Numbered from the stretch's first letter, positions 41,320-54,360 are shown. The stretch is 64,000 nt of DNA from Azolla caroliniana (GCA_043228905.1 JBHGNT010000004.1:930001-994000), one strand, 5' to 3'. The notes: generated by a model from the sequence alone, not told the origin. Made by a program: numbers and translations.

Positions 41320-42691
41320 AAGAGTAAAAAGACAAAACTTCTAACCATAAATGTTAGCTTCTTGATATTATTGAGGCTCAAACTCAACATTTAAGTAATT
41401 TTCAATGTTCTTTCCCTGAACACTTGCTAGGACCAAATTATTTGCTACAAGCAATTTGTCAATTCATGGATCTCAATTCTCTAGTGCATTACTTGTTCAA
41501 ACAACTTTATTGATGATCACTTGGTACACTTCAAATAGACATAACTTATCGCACTCATAAATGGAGGACTACAATTTCCTCAATTGCTCATCTACATAGA
41601 TTCTTATGTAGAAAGGTTTGTTTTTCATGTGATGAAATTGAGAACCACTCCCTTGTTTTATAATTAAAGATCCTCTTTATACATTGTTTGGATTCACCAT
41701 TGCTTTTATAGTATATAGTGTTTTACAAATTATTCAATGCACAAAAAAATCTTCAAAATCTATTGTCTCTTCCATATGTTTAATTGTGAATTCATGTTCT
41801 CTGCCTTACTATTATGTGATTGATCTAAAAATTCAATATTATTGTTTTGATGTTGACATGAATAAATTATCTTTCCATGAGCAACAATTCAATCATAAAT
41901 TATTTCAAAGATGTTTTTCCTAAGGAATCCTTATCACCCAAATTACCAAATGTTCATTGACCATATGTTTTTCATACTAGGTGTTGTCCCTATTATGAGC
42001 ATTCCATCTTAATGAGTTAGTGGACTTGAAGAGGATGAGATCGCAACACAACTTAAGGATAGTTTAGATTCAACATAGTAAATTTTCTTACGAGCACATT
42101 AGTTATTTCAATTCAACAAGAGGATCATGGTGAATGTGTATTAATTATCGTCATCTCAACAAATTGTTTATGAAACATTTGTATCCAATTTCACATGTTT
42201 ACAATTTGATTGATCGTTTGCATGGAGCTCAATACATTATGAAAATTTATCTTCAAATTGGCTACCATAAAAAAAAACAATTACTGACATGGGAAATAAT
42301 AAATAATACCTTTTGTTCTCATGGAGCTTAACAAACACGCTCGACAATGCGAACAAGCTACATTTTGTACACATTATAGTCAGGGCAGGAATTTGACGGG
42401 TGTCATGCCCGTCAAAGGCCATTTTGCCCGTCAAAAACATACACCTACTAAAAATGTCCGTCAAGTGACATATAAAGTATAAAATTTTCCTTTTCATGTG
42501 AAAGGCCCCTTAAAATTATACATGTCAAATGACATGCTAAAATTTTATTTTCTATGTCATTATTCATATATATTATATATATATACCACATATTGTCATA
42601 TAAAATTTAAATATATGTACTATCATACTATCATCTATGTAGTATCAAGATTCAATTTGACTATATAGTATGAAGTGTGTAATATACTAAA

Positions 42692-42749
<58 letters not shown>

Positions 42750-42874
42750 ACACGCTTAAAATAATATCATATAAATTGTAATGATGAATCCTCAAATCAA
42801 TTTAAATTTTAAACAATAACCTTGGTGCTTTATTAAATACTCTAAAAAATACTAGAGTGTAGACTAGTCACTCT

Positions 42875-43690
42875 AGGTTTGATTTTAAGTTTTCTTAAAG
42901 TAAATGTTTTACTAACCTACTTTTTTATACATACTTATTACTTATTACTTAATACTTAATACTTATTACTGTGCTTTATTAAAAAATTAGGGTTAGTAAT
43001 AACTTTTTAGTATAGGAAAAAGGTGAGTACTTACTACTTACTACTTACTGTTAGGTAACAAGTTATTTTTCAACTTAAAAATGATTGATTTTATGTAGCC
43101 TTTTGTGCAGCAGGAATAGAACAAAGAAAGACATCCTTCAACCTTCAACATTTTTTAACTACAGTTTAAAAATGTAAGTTACCATGATCATCTATCATAT
43201 TATGTTCATTTAGCAAGTTATTATATTGTTTTTGTATTACCTTAATACCTCTAAAAATAAACTAAAAGTATTTCATTTCAATAAGGTTTGATTTTAAGTT
43301 TTTTTAAACTAAATGTTTTACTAACCTATTGTTTTATACATACTTATTACGTTTTACTATGCTTTATTAAAAAATTAGGGTTAATAATAACTTATTAGTA
43401 TAGGAAAAGGTGAGTACTTACTATTAGGTAGCAAGCTATTGTTCCAATTAAAAATTATTGATTCTATGTAGCCTTTTTGTGCAATGGGAATAGAACAAAA
43501 ACAGCCTTCAACCTTCAACATTTTTTAACTACATTTTAAAAATGTAAGTTACCATGAATATCTATCATATTATGTTCATTTAACAAGTTATTATACAATA
43601 TTGTTTTTGTATTACCTTAATACCTAAACAATAACTTCAATGTCTCTATTATAGTGAAATGAAATACTTTTAGTACATTTTTAGATGTCT
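42875..43690. repeat. Internal ~410-bp tandem duplication in the hAT 5' region (also in copy 1)
   Basis: aggtttgattttaagttt..aaatgttttactaacct near 42875 and 43284; both units carry aaggtgagtact and aaaatgtaagttacc. Confidence 0.8.
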
Positions 43691-43752
43691 ATTATTTAAA
43701 TAATTTCAGGGGGAAAACAAAGAACCAAGCACAACAACATTCTATTAAGACT

Positions 43753-45954
43753 ATGTTTTGCAAGGCAACACATGTTAATGATGCTCCAAATAATGAGCAC
43801 GAGGTGGTTACAAACACAAATGAGTCGAGATCTTCTTATAACAAACAAAAAAGAAAGTGGAGAAACCAATGGACTTTGCTTCACCCATGGGCATATGTGA
43901 CAAAGTCCCTATTAGGTGATGATATAATCAAATGCATGTGGTGTGAAGATGCAAGAAAGAACAATGTATTTGCGGATGGTGGATCTCAAAGCATGCAAAT
44001 GTCTTCATTGAATGAACATGCAAAGTCATCCGATCATGTGATAGCAAGTGCCATGTATAATGCAAAAAGACAAAAGGAAAATGCAAATGTGAAAGGCCCA
44101 ATGGATGACAAAATTTCAGAAATCATGCATTTAGAATATGAGAGGATACTTTTATGCATGAAGTTGGTTCATTTTCATGCTTGCAATGATATTCCATTAG
44201 AGAAATATGTAAAACAATGTATGTTACAAAGAGAACTTGGTACTCCAAACGCCCCTGCCTCAAAAGAATATGGTGCTTATGCTAATGCTAAATCTGCAAG
44301 AGAATTCTTAATGGCCATTAAGAACCACACAAGGAAACTCTTGTATGATGAAATTCGTGGAAGTCCATTTTTCTCCATCTTGATTGATGAAAGCACTGAT
44401 CGTACATTGGAAAAACACCTCATTATCTATGTATTGTACTTAAGTGAAGGTGGCAAAGGGGAGCCACATTGTAAATTTGCGCGACTTCTTCCGGTGGAAA
44501 ATGTGAAAGCTAAAGGTATCTACAAGTCTATCAATGAATTCATTTTGGAGAGCAATTTAGATTTAAAAAAACTTGTGGCTTTTGCAAGTGATGGGGCATC
44601 ATCTATGATAGGGAAGAACAATGGTGCAATTTCTAAGTTTCAATCCATGATGCCTAATATTTTGGGAGTACATTGCATTGCACATCGTGAAGCACTTGCC
44701 ATAAAAGATGCATATATAATGTCTCATGCCCATGTGTTTAGCTTCCTTGATGTATTTGCAAATAAAGTATACTCTTGGTTGGGAAAGTCAACTAATAGAC
44801 ACAAGGAGCTAAAAGAGATAATGAAACGACATGGTAAGGGTGATTTGAAGGTGCTTAAAATTCACTCCATAAGATGGTTATCTCGAGGCCAAGTAATGGA
44901 GAGACTAGTTACACTTATGCCCGCAATTTTAGAACAATGGGAAAAACATGAGAAAAAATGGTACGAGTATGCTACTATATTCCAAGTGCAATTTATGTTG
45001 CACCTATTGGCAGATATTCTTGTGGAATTAAATAAATTAAATGAGCAATTCCAAAGGGAATTAATGGATGTAACTATGCTTGGTGTTCACTTGGATTTGA
45101 TCCATGAGAAACTTCGAAGAAGATATTTATCGTGTGAAACATTTGGCACCGGGTCTATGTTTCTTGCAAGCTTTTTATCGAATGTGAAAGATGGCATACT
45201 CATATATATTCGATGTGATAGTGTTACTCATTCACATCCATTGAAGTTTATACCGATTCCAAACCCAAAGGAGGTAGCAAATCGATCAAGAATAATGAGT
45301 GGTCTTGATAGTGAGAATGAAGATAATGATTCTAACTTGAATATGTTTAATGGTAATGCGGAAAATGGTAGTTTGGATGAATGCATTAGAATTGGAAAAA
45401 CTTTTGTCCAACATGTTATTGATGCCTTAAATAATCGTTTCCCGGATGTTACATTTTTCAATGTTATCAAGTTGTTTAATCCATCTTCATATCCCATTGA
45501 GGAAAATGAAAGAGAGAAAAAGACAAAGGAATGGATGCACAAACTTATTGGGAAGTTTAACATTGATAGGCAAATTGTTGACATGAAAAGATGCTTCAAT
45601 GAACGAGAAGATTTTGTTGGTATGCTTGTGAGAATTGCTAAAGGAAGAGGAATGCATGATGCATGGGATATTTGTTGCAAAGCACAATCTTGGTGGCAAT
45701 TATTTCCGGGTATTATGCAATTGTGGCAACTATGTATGACTATTCCTATTAGTACAGTTGCATGTGAACGAGGCTTTTCACGTCAAAATATCATAAAAAA
45801 TGATATTAGAAATGGTTTATCTTTGGAAACTTTAGATGCTTTGATGTTTATATCCTTGAATGCTCAAGAGACATCAAACATTTGTTGGAAGGATATATTT
45901 AACCTTTGGTTTGAAGAGAAAGAGAGAAGGATAGTATCATTGAACAATGCTTAG
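43753..45954 (+). CDS. hAT transposase, 733 aa uninterrupted (ZNF862/DUF4371-like)
   Basis: N-terminal C2H2-like finger (CMWC..HAKSSDH); catalytic-type motifs LIDESTD and SDGASSM; HCIAH (CxxH); RW; CERGFS in the dimerisation region. The frame is open upstream past an acceptor-like ttcag near 43709, so 5' exons are possible. Confidence 0.93.
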   Translation: MFCKATHVNDAPNNEHEVVTNTNESRSSYNKQKRKWRNQWTLLHPWAYVTKSLLGDDIIKCMWCEDARKNNVFADGGSQSMQMSSLNEHAKSSDHVIASAMYNAKRQKENANVKGPMDDKISEIMHLEYERILLCMKLVHFHACNDIPLEKYVKQCMLQRELGTPNAPASKEYGAYANAKSAREFLMAIKNHTRKLLYDEIRGSPFFSILIDESTDRTLEKHLIIYVLYLSEGGKGEPHCKFARLLPVENVKAKGIYKSINEFILESNLDLKKLVAFASDGASSMIGKNNGAISKFQSMMPNILGVHCIAHREALAIKDAYIMSHAHVFSFLDVFANKVYSWLGKSTNRHKELKEIMKRHGKGDLKVLKIHSIRWLSRGQVMERLVTLMPAILEQWEKHEKKWYEYATIFQVQFMLHLLADILVELNKLNEQFQRELMDVTMLGVHLDLIHEKLRRRYLSCETFGTGSMFLASFLSNVKDGILIYIRCDSVTHSHPLKFIPIPNPKEVANRSRIMSGLDSENEDNDSNLNMFNGNAENGSLDECIRIGKTFVQHVIDALNNRFPDVTFFNVIKLFNPSSYPIEENEREKKTKEWMHKLIGKFNIDRQIVDMKRCFNEREDFVGMLVRIAKGRGMHDAWDICCKAQSWWQLFPGIMQLWQLCMTIPISTVACERGFSRQNIIKNDIRNGLSLETLDALMFISLNAQETSNICWKDIFNLWFEEKERRIVSLNNA

Positions 45955-46400
45955 TAATAAGTATGAGGAGTCCCGGTATGATAAACATTTTTTTGTGTTT
46001 TTTGGGCTTTAAGAAATATATGATGATTAAGTATTCGATTTGTATGATTATTTGTTTGAAGCTTATTGTATCCACTTTGCAAGAATGAATTATGATTATG
46101 GATACATATATAGTTTGTACTTTGGCTTAAAAAACATTAACACTTTTTTGGTAAAAAAAAAACATTAACATGATATTTATTTTCTGTATTTCATTATCTT
46201 TGCGAGGTAGTTGTGTCTATTTGTGTACCTTCTATAGTAATAAAATGTATAATAATGAAGCATCATATAGAGCTTTTCATTATAAGAAATTTGTATGTCA
46301 AATGACATGTTAATTTTTGCACTCTTACGTCATATGACATACATCTTTAAAAAATGCCCGTCAAAAAACTTTAAGACTAACCCGTCAAATTCAGGCCCTG

Positions 46401-46642
46401 ATTATAGTCATTAAGATCACTTACGTGGGACATTTAATTACCAACCATGATTAAATTGATCCTTCTCGAATAGAGAAAGTATAACTCTGGTAAGGCGAAG
46501 TGGTTCTATTCTTGTATGTACATTGTTATAGCCATTAAGATAAATTACGTGGGACATTTAATTACCAACCATGATTAATTTGATACTTCTCGAATAGAGA
46601 AAGTACAAGTCTGGTAGGGTGAAGTGGTTCTATTCTTGTATT
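46401..46642. repeat. Direct tandem duplication of about 123 bp
   Basis: ttatag(t/c)cattaagat..ttacgtgggacatttaattaccaaccatgatt..gaagtggttctattcttgtat occurs twice. Confidence 0.85.
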
Positions 46643-48430
46643 TATTAAGCCAATGGTTAGAATTTAGAAAAGGGGGCTCATTACTGAAAGGTACATCTTG
46701 TATGTACATTGTATAGCCTTAGGGCTTTTCTTAATATTAATGTAGTATCTTTTTTTTGGGAGAAAATATCTTATAACTAATGGAAGGAGTTTTTTTGGGG
46801 GAAAAAAAAAACTCTGGTTTATTCCTTCTACTATTGAAAAACTTCCTTCATTCATTGGTTCTAATAGTTTTCTACAAAAGTCTATTCATAATTTTTTGCA
46901 ATTGACTATTCTATTTACTAATACTTTAAAAGGTCATATGTGTAAGTCTACCAAAGAAATTCCCTAGAATGATTGCTAAGAAGAATGTTTACCATTCTCA
47001 AGGAACCTATATGTGTTGCTCCTATAGTCGCATTGCCTAACCCTTCCAAAGCTTTCACGGTTAAAACCAACACTGGTGATTATGCTATTATTGTTTTTCT
47101 TTACAAAGATAGAAAACCTATTCCCAAAAAGAATATCCTCCCATTAGTTAAGAAAAGCCATATCGGCTACAACATACAAGTAGATGGAAATTAATTTATG
47201 GTCACAACAAACTAGCAATCTTTAAATATATTTTGTGATCAAGCACATGATCTTGTTGGTGGTAAACGTAGATGGGCTTATCCCATCCAAGACTCAACTT
47301 TTCTATTCGTTATATCACAGGTTCAATGAGCATAGTTGATGATGCTCTTAGTCGTATTCATGAGGTTACCATGCTTAGCTTCAATGAATTAATATATCAC
47401 CTTCTTTATTAACTTCAAAGGAAACACTTTGACGGCAAATTCTTCAAAAGATAATGGACGATAATCAACACACCCTTGAAGTCGACCTTTCACATTTTTA
47501 ACGGTCCACTTTATGTTAATGGGAAGGTTTATGTTGTAAATCTCCCTCGTCTAGTAAAAAATATAATTTTAGTGTCATGATACATCCTTAGTTGGGCAAC
47601 CTCAAGGACATCAAACACTCGTTTTTTCTCTACAAATTTTTCCTAGCCTAAATTACATCTTGACGTGTAAAATTATAGAATAAATTGTTTGCTGCATTAC
47701 GTGAGAAAGGCTAAACGAGCTAAAGTTGAAGGTATTTTTGATCCACCAAATATTCCTACTATTAAATGGGAAAGTGTAACTATTAATTTTATCATTATCC
47801 TGTCGTCAACAAAAAGTTGTTGTGAATCTATATAAGTTGTTGCTCATTGACTAACAAAATTAGATAGATTTATACAACCTTAAACCATGAATACAACTTA
47901 TGAATTGGCATTAACAAGTTTCATTTCAAAGTCTGGATGCCATACATTGACTTTCTTGTGATCAATATGTCTTCTAAATCCAAGAGAACAAGATTATGTT
48001 CTCATCTTTGCACACTTCACATATAGAAAAGAAACCTTCTTGTTGTGTTGAAATCTCTTTGAATTTGTGAATGAGTTGAGCTTTTAATATCGCTTTTACA
48101 TAAATAGGACAAACAAGAGAGAAATGACAATTGGGCCAACCTATTGTCAACCCTAGGGTATAACTATGATAGAACGTAGGACTTTAAAGGGGTGACAATC
48201 TTGTTTAAGCTATAGAGCATTATATATAGAGAGAGAGAGTTGTACATAATTTTGTAGCTACTTTTGTAAATAGTGAAGCAATCATTGTTGTACTATGGGG
48301 AGCATATAGGAGGATTTAAGTTAGGCTTGATATAAATATTAAGTTGAAGGAGAGAGCAATGGTATGATAAGAAGGAAATCATTTGAGTTGGAAATTAGGG
48401 AGGTTAAAGGTTCCAAGCCCTACAAGGAAT

Positions 48431-48470
48431 TGTAAACGTGAGTGTTTGCAGAAGCGTAAACCAGAGAACA

Positions 48471-48511
<41 letters not shown>

Positions 48512-51500
48512 AGAACGTAATTTCAAAATTATATCAAGACTCTACATACACACTGTGCTAAGTAGCACTATTTATACAAGTCCTCTTGGGACTGACAGAA
48601 GTACCATGTACTTCAATGCTCACACGAGCATCTGACACTTACTACGAGACTATAGATACCTAGTAGTCTATCCTATTCTAGGCTTCCGATTGGACTGCCG
48701 GTTACGGATTGCACCCGGCCTCCACTGCTTGCCGGTTCGGTTGCTCACCGTCATACCGATCCGTTTCGCCCGATCCGTCTCACTTACCGGCTTCAGCTTA
48801 TTCAGCCGATCCGGCTCCGGTTGAGCTTGCCCCTCAACACTCCCCCTCACTCCGTCTTGCTCGCGCTCCTCGTCCGGTCCGGTCCCGTTTGCCGCGATCC
48901 CTTTGGTTCTGCGTGCCTCGACCCTCTCGGTTGGCATGTCTGCTCAATAGGCCCATCTCAGCACTCACGTTGTTGTGACTCCGACGCTTGCCGATCCGTC
49001 GGTTCTCCCACGATGGCATCGACTTTCGCTGTGTCCGTGTTCCCTTGGTCTTCAGTCGATCCGACTCATCCGGATCCATCTGTTGATCCGAGTCAGCTGT
49101 CTCCGACTCGTTCCAGCTCTTGTCCGAATCGGTACACTCCGATTCGACTTCCGGCTTCAGGCCTCTCACCACATCGGACCACTTCCGTGTCTTGGCCTTC
49201 TCCATGCTTCCCTCAGCTTCTTCAGCCGGTGAACCGAAATCGAATTCTTCATTCGACTCCGCATCATGGTCAGTACCGCCGTGATGACCTCCGCACAGCA
49301 TGCACTTCTCTTCCTGAGTGCACAACTCTTCTTCACAGCCGCTTGCTTCGACCTGTTCGGATGTGTCGACTTCCTTCGCCGACTCGGCTTCCTTTATCTT
49401 CTTGTCTCCTCTTCTTTCGGCTCTCCTCTTACCGACGGGTTCAATAGTTTGTTGGCCTTTGCCCGTTTCGGTAGAGACTTTGTCCCTGCTTCTCCCCCTC
49501 AAGTGCGGCACGTCGAGATGCTGAACACCAAGCATGTCGGTAAAGTGCTGCAACTTGTCCGATCCGAGCGGCTTGGTGAAGATGTCGGCAACTTGCCGAT
49601 CCGTATGAACATACCGTAGGTCAACTTCACCGCTCAGGACCCGCTCACGCACGAAGTGGTAGTGCACCTCGATGTGCTTTGTGCGAGCATGGAACACAGG
49701 GTTCCTGGCGAGCTGCAGGCTGCTCATGTTATCGCAGTAAATCGGGATCGGGGTCGGCACCTCGATCCGCAAGTCTCGCAGCAGTCGCCGAAGCCAGATG
49801 GCCTCACAAGTGGCAACGGTAGTGGCCCGGTACTCAGCCTCAGTGCTTGACAAAGCCACTGTGGGCTGCTTCTTGCTGCTCCACGCAACGGCCGCGCTAC
49901 CTATGGAGAACATGTATCCGGAAGTAGAGCGGCGATCAGACGCATCGCCGGCCCAGTCAGCATCTGTGTAACCGACAAGCTCTTCGGGTATACCTCGCCG
50001 GTATAGCAAACCCCGATCTTTAGTGCCGCTGACATACCGTAATATTCGTTGCGCGCATTGAAGGTGCTCCACGGTCGGCTTTTGCATGAACTGACTTACC
50101 ATACCGACCGGATAGCTGATGCCGGGTCGAGTGATGGTTAAGTAGATCAGGCTTCCGACAACCTGTCGGAACCGTTTCTCATTGCAGGCCGGTCCGGAGT
50201 TGGGACGGAGCTTCTGGTTCCGGTCCAGGGGTGTGGAGACAGGTCGGCAATCCGTCATGCCGAACTTATACAGCATATTCAACACGTAATGTCGTTGTGA
50301 GAGCAATATGCCGTCAGGGGTCCGGATCACTTCGATCCCAAGAAAATAATGAAGGTCCCCCAGGTCCTTCATTTCGAATGCGTCCGACAACTGGGACTTG
50401 ACGCGGTTGATTTCGGGAAGACCTGGTCCGGTGATGACTAAATCATCCACATACAAGAGTATACATACTGGACCGTCAGAGCCTTGCCAGATGAACAGTG
50501 AAGAGTCCGACTTAGAGACAGCAAACCCCAGCTTACGCAACCAGTGCGTGATCTTCGCGTTCCAAGCTCGGGGGGCTTGCTTCAAGCCATAAAGCAACTT
50601 CTTCAGTCGGCATACCGCCGATTTGTTCATCTCCGATTGAAATCTGGGGGGCTGAGTCATAAAGACTTCTTCTTCAAGCTCTCCTTGAAGGAAGGCGTTC
50701 TTCACATCCATCTGATGAAGATGCCACCCCCTTGCCGCAGCAACCGCCAGTACCACACGAACTGTCGTCATCTTCGCCACAGGAGCGAAGGTCTCGTCGT
50801 AGTCGATTCCGTGGGTCTGCGCGTATCCCTTCGCCACTAACCAGGCTTTGTACCGGTTAACAGAACCGTCGGCGTTGTACTTGACCTTGTACACCCACTT
50901 GCATCCAATCGGTTTACAGTGACGGGGAGGATCAACTAGGTCCCAAGTTTTGTTGGCATCGAGTGCCCGCATTTCTTCGTCCATAGCGGCACGCTAATTT
51001 GCGTCCTTTGCTGCTTCTGCGTAGCTCTCCGGCTCGCGCACTTCTGTCACCTTAGTCATGTACACATAATGATGCGCCATGTATTCATTGTACCCGTACC
51101 GCACAACAGGATCCTTCTGACGGGTTGACCAGCGCAACGCACCGTCACCTGATTTGAGGCCCTTCTTGGCCAATTCGGTCTTCGTTGCCGAAGATCTGCC
51201 TTTCTCCTTTCCAGAGTCGGATACACACCGATCCGACTCATCGTTGCCGGTTTCGAATTCCGGCATCTTCCTCTTCCCCTTCTCTTTGCGCGTGAATCGT
51301 TTCCTCGGTTCCTTGCGCGGGGAGAGCACGGCAGAGTCTCCACCACTTGCCATCTCTTCATCTGACTGGTCCTACCGACTCAGTCACTCGTTCGGTCCAC
51401 TCAGCCGCAACGATTCCGGACTCTCATCTTGAGTCCCGGCTTCATCATCCTCTTCCAAGGTTGATTCAGGCTCACTGGCCTGATCTTCCGGCATTCAGTC

Positions 51501-54288
51501 AGGATCGGAAGTCGGAGTCGGTACGGAGTACCAAGATGCCGATTCATCGAACTCGACATCACGGCTAACTCGGGCTTCCTTCGTCCGGGGGTTATAGCAC
51601 TTATACCCCTTTTGCTCTTGAGCATAGCCGACTAGGATGCATTTTTCCGATTTTGCATCCAGCTTCCTCCGCTTCTGATCCGGCACATGCACATACGCTA
51701 GGCTGTCGAATATCCGAAGGTGTCTTAAGTTCGGCTTGTGCCCGAAATATAGCTCATGAGCTGACACCTTGTCACCAATGCGGTTTTGTATGTAGACGGC
51801 CGTCTGGACCGCCTCCGCCGAGTAGAACCGGGCATGCTCTTCTCCTCCAACATTGTCCTTGCCGCCTCGACGAGTGTCCGGTTCTTCCTTTCGGCCACAC
51901 CGTTTTGCTCCGGTGTGTATCTGCAACTGAACTCTCGCCGAATTCCCTTCTGCTGCAGATAACTAGTGAATTGGCCGGAAAAATATTCCTTTCCGCCATC
52001 CGACTGAAGGCATTTGATCTTCCTCTCTGATTCCCGTTCCACCATCTTCTGGAGGCTCCGGAAACAGTCGAAGACTTCGCTCTTCCGCTCAATGAGGTAG
52101 ATCCAAGTATGTCGAGTATAGTCGTCGATGAAGGAGACGAAGTACCGGCTCCCACCAAGGCTTACACTTTGTGTCGGTCCCCACACATCCGAATGGATGA
52201 GATCGAGCTTGTTACGGCTCCGGTTCCGTTCGGTGGGGAATGGAAGCCGGTGTTGCTTCCCAAGTTGGCAGGCTTCACAAATTTCGGCTCTCCGGCCACT
52301 GAACTTTGGCAAACCGAAAACGACTTGTTTCGTTTGCAGGTCTTGAAGCCTCCGGTAGTTGACGTGGCCTATCCGCTTGTGCCATAGGTCGATGTCCGAC
52401 TCGACCTTTTGTCGTTTCGCGAACAGAGCGGTGCCAATGTCATTGGTGTTGAGGATAAACATCCTCCCGTCTCTGCGCCCTTGCGCAATGACTTCGCCCT
52501 CATCTTCAATGAAGCACCCGAGGTGCGTAAACCGCACCTGCATCCCTTGGTCGACAATCTGACCGACGGACACCAGGTTCTTCGTGATCGTCGGAACGTG
52601 TAATACGTTCATCAGCTTCCCTTTCTGTCCGACGTGGCTTAGAGGGACTTCTTCGACGTGCACGATTGGGTGTGGAGTGTCGTCTCCGGTTTCGACTACT
52701 CCTGGTTGATCCGGTTTCTCCAGAAAGGAGAACCACTCTTTGTGGCTCGTCATGTGGTTCGACGCGCCGGAATCAACATACCACACTTCCTCCGTTTTGG
52801 AAGTGGTCTTCTTCATTGAGTTTGCCTTGTGATTCATCACCAAGGTTGGCCCCTTACCGGCCTTTCCGGTTCCGGATCCTCCTGATCCGTTTGCGTAGTG
52901 CGAGTTTTGCCGGCCATCCTTACCGGTCTTGCCGTATCCGGATTTGTCCAAATCGGCACGCTTTCTCCAACACTCGCTTTCCCTATGGCCTTTTTTGCCA
53001 CAGTACCAGCATTCCGTAGCGGATTTGTCTTGCCGGCCTCCGGCACCGCCTTGACTCCCCCTGCTTGTGGACGTCCCGGAACTGCTGTCGGCACACTCAT
53101 AGTGCCTCCGTTCCTGCTCTTGTCGGCCGCCTCCATTGCATGCCGACCCACCTCTTCCACCACGCCCACAGTGCCGATCCGTTCCCGTGTACAGCATTCG
53201 GCTGTCCGGGGATGCACTGGTAGATGCACCGGCGTGGTTCTCCTCTACAAGGAGCATCGGCTGTAAGTCGAAGAATGAGGGGGTATTCTCCCTTGTACAC
53301 ACCGCAGTCCGGAATGCTCCGAACTTGGACGTCAGGCCTCCGAGACATACCTGCACCATCTCGTCTTCCTCTACGGTAACATTGATAGAGGCGAGCGAGT
53401 CACAGATCTCCTTTATCCGGCCCGTGTAGTCTGCCACGGACATGTTCTTCTGTCGAACATTGCTCAACTCCTGTCTGAGTTGTAGCTTCCGGGCAATGGT
53501 GCTTGCGGCGAAAACCTTTTTCAGGTTCCCCCAAGCATCCTTCGGTATCTTGGCGTCACGGATGTGGCTGAGCAGCTGATCGCCGACACTGGACGCGAAG
53601 CAGTACATCACCCTGCTTGCCGCCTGTTCCCATACCGGGAAGTCCTTGTGTGCCGAGTCGGGTGCCGCATCATTCGCTCCTTCGACATAACTCCAGTACC
53701 TGTGTCCAAGCAAGTACTGGTGCATCTTGTAAGACCAGGATGCGTAGTTGCTCCTGTCGAGCTTCTCCACCGGGAGTGACGTAGCCATTCCTCTATCCAT
53801 GTCTTCTACTGTGTCTGTTTTCGACCTATTAGGGTTTTCTTCTCAAGAGTTAAATGTCTGCAGCAGAGGTTCTCAACCCTCGTGCTCTGATACCATGTAA
53901 ACGTGAGTGTTTGCAAAAGCGTAAACCAGAGAACAACAGAGAGAGATAGAGAGAGAGAGCAGAACGTAATTTCAAAATTATATCAAGACTCTACATACAC
54001 ACTGTGCTAAGTAGCACTATTTATACAAGTCCTCTTGGGACTGACAGAAGTACCATGTACTTCAATGCTCACACGAGCATCTGACACTTACTACGAGACT
54101 ATAGATACCTAGTAGTCTATCCTATTCTAGGCTTCCGATTGGACGGCCGGTTACGGATTGCACCCGGCCTCCACTGCTTGCCGATTCGGTTGCTCACCGT
54201 CATACCGATCCGTTTCGCCCGATCCGTCTCGCTTACCGGCTCCGGCTTATTCAGCCGATCCGGCTCCGGTTGAGCTTGCCCCTCAACA
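48431..54288 (-). mobile_element. Ty1/copia element 3, complete
   Basis: LTRs at 53896-54288 and 48431-48839 (TG...CA; they differ in a GA microsatellite and several substitutions); PBS (gctctgatacca on +) at 53884-53895; PPT ctccccct at 48840; TSD ggaat at 48426-48430 and 54289-54293. Confidence 0.96.
48834..53800 (-). pseudogene. Copia-3 gag-pol, disrupted, with a long C-terminal extension after RNase H
   Basis: Motifs CWYCGKKGHRESEC, WYVDSGAS, WHKRIGH, SDGGKEY, YVDD, DADWAG and KHIEVHYHF; frameshifts near 51825 and 51500; stop at 50994. Confidence 0.92.
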
Positions 54289-54360
54289 GGAATGATTGGA
54301 TGAATGGATAGAATGGTGGCATTATGCATTAAACAAAAAGAAGAGTTTGCAAGTGGAACT

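Larger units (their letters stand above)
42381..46400 (+). mobile_element. hAT DNA transposon copy 2, structurally intact (4020 bp)
   Basis: TIRs cagggcaggaatttgacggg and cccgtcaaattcaggccctg; 8-bp TSD attatagt at 42373-42380 and 46401-46408; subterminal (c)ccgtca motifs at both ends. Confidence 0.97.
41950..47900 (+). pseudogene. Heavily decayed Ty3/gypsy pol remnant, interrupted by hAT copy 2
   Basis: CINYRHLNKL..YPISHVYNLIDRLHGAQY (RT) at 42134; APIVALPNPSKAFTVKTNTGDYAI (RT/RNase H linker) near 46973; KWESVTINFII (integrase) near 47765; the order RT-RH-IN is gypsy-type. Confidence 0.7.

Noticed and set aside
48668-53779. Many alternative-frame and antisense ORFs in copia-3 (also in copia-1 and the LINE)
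   Set aside because: Expected by-products of GC-rich coding DNA, with no recognisable domains.
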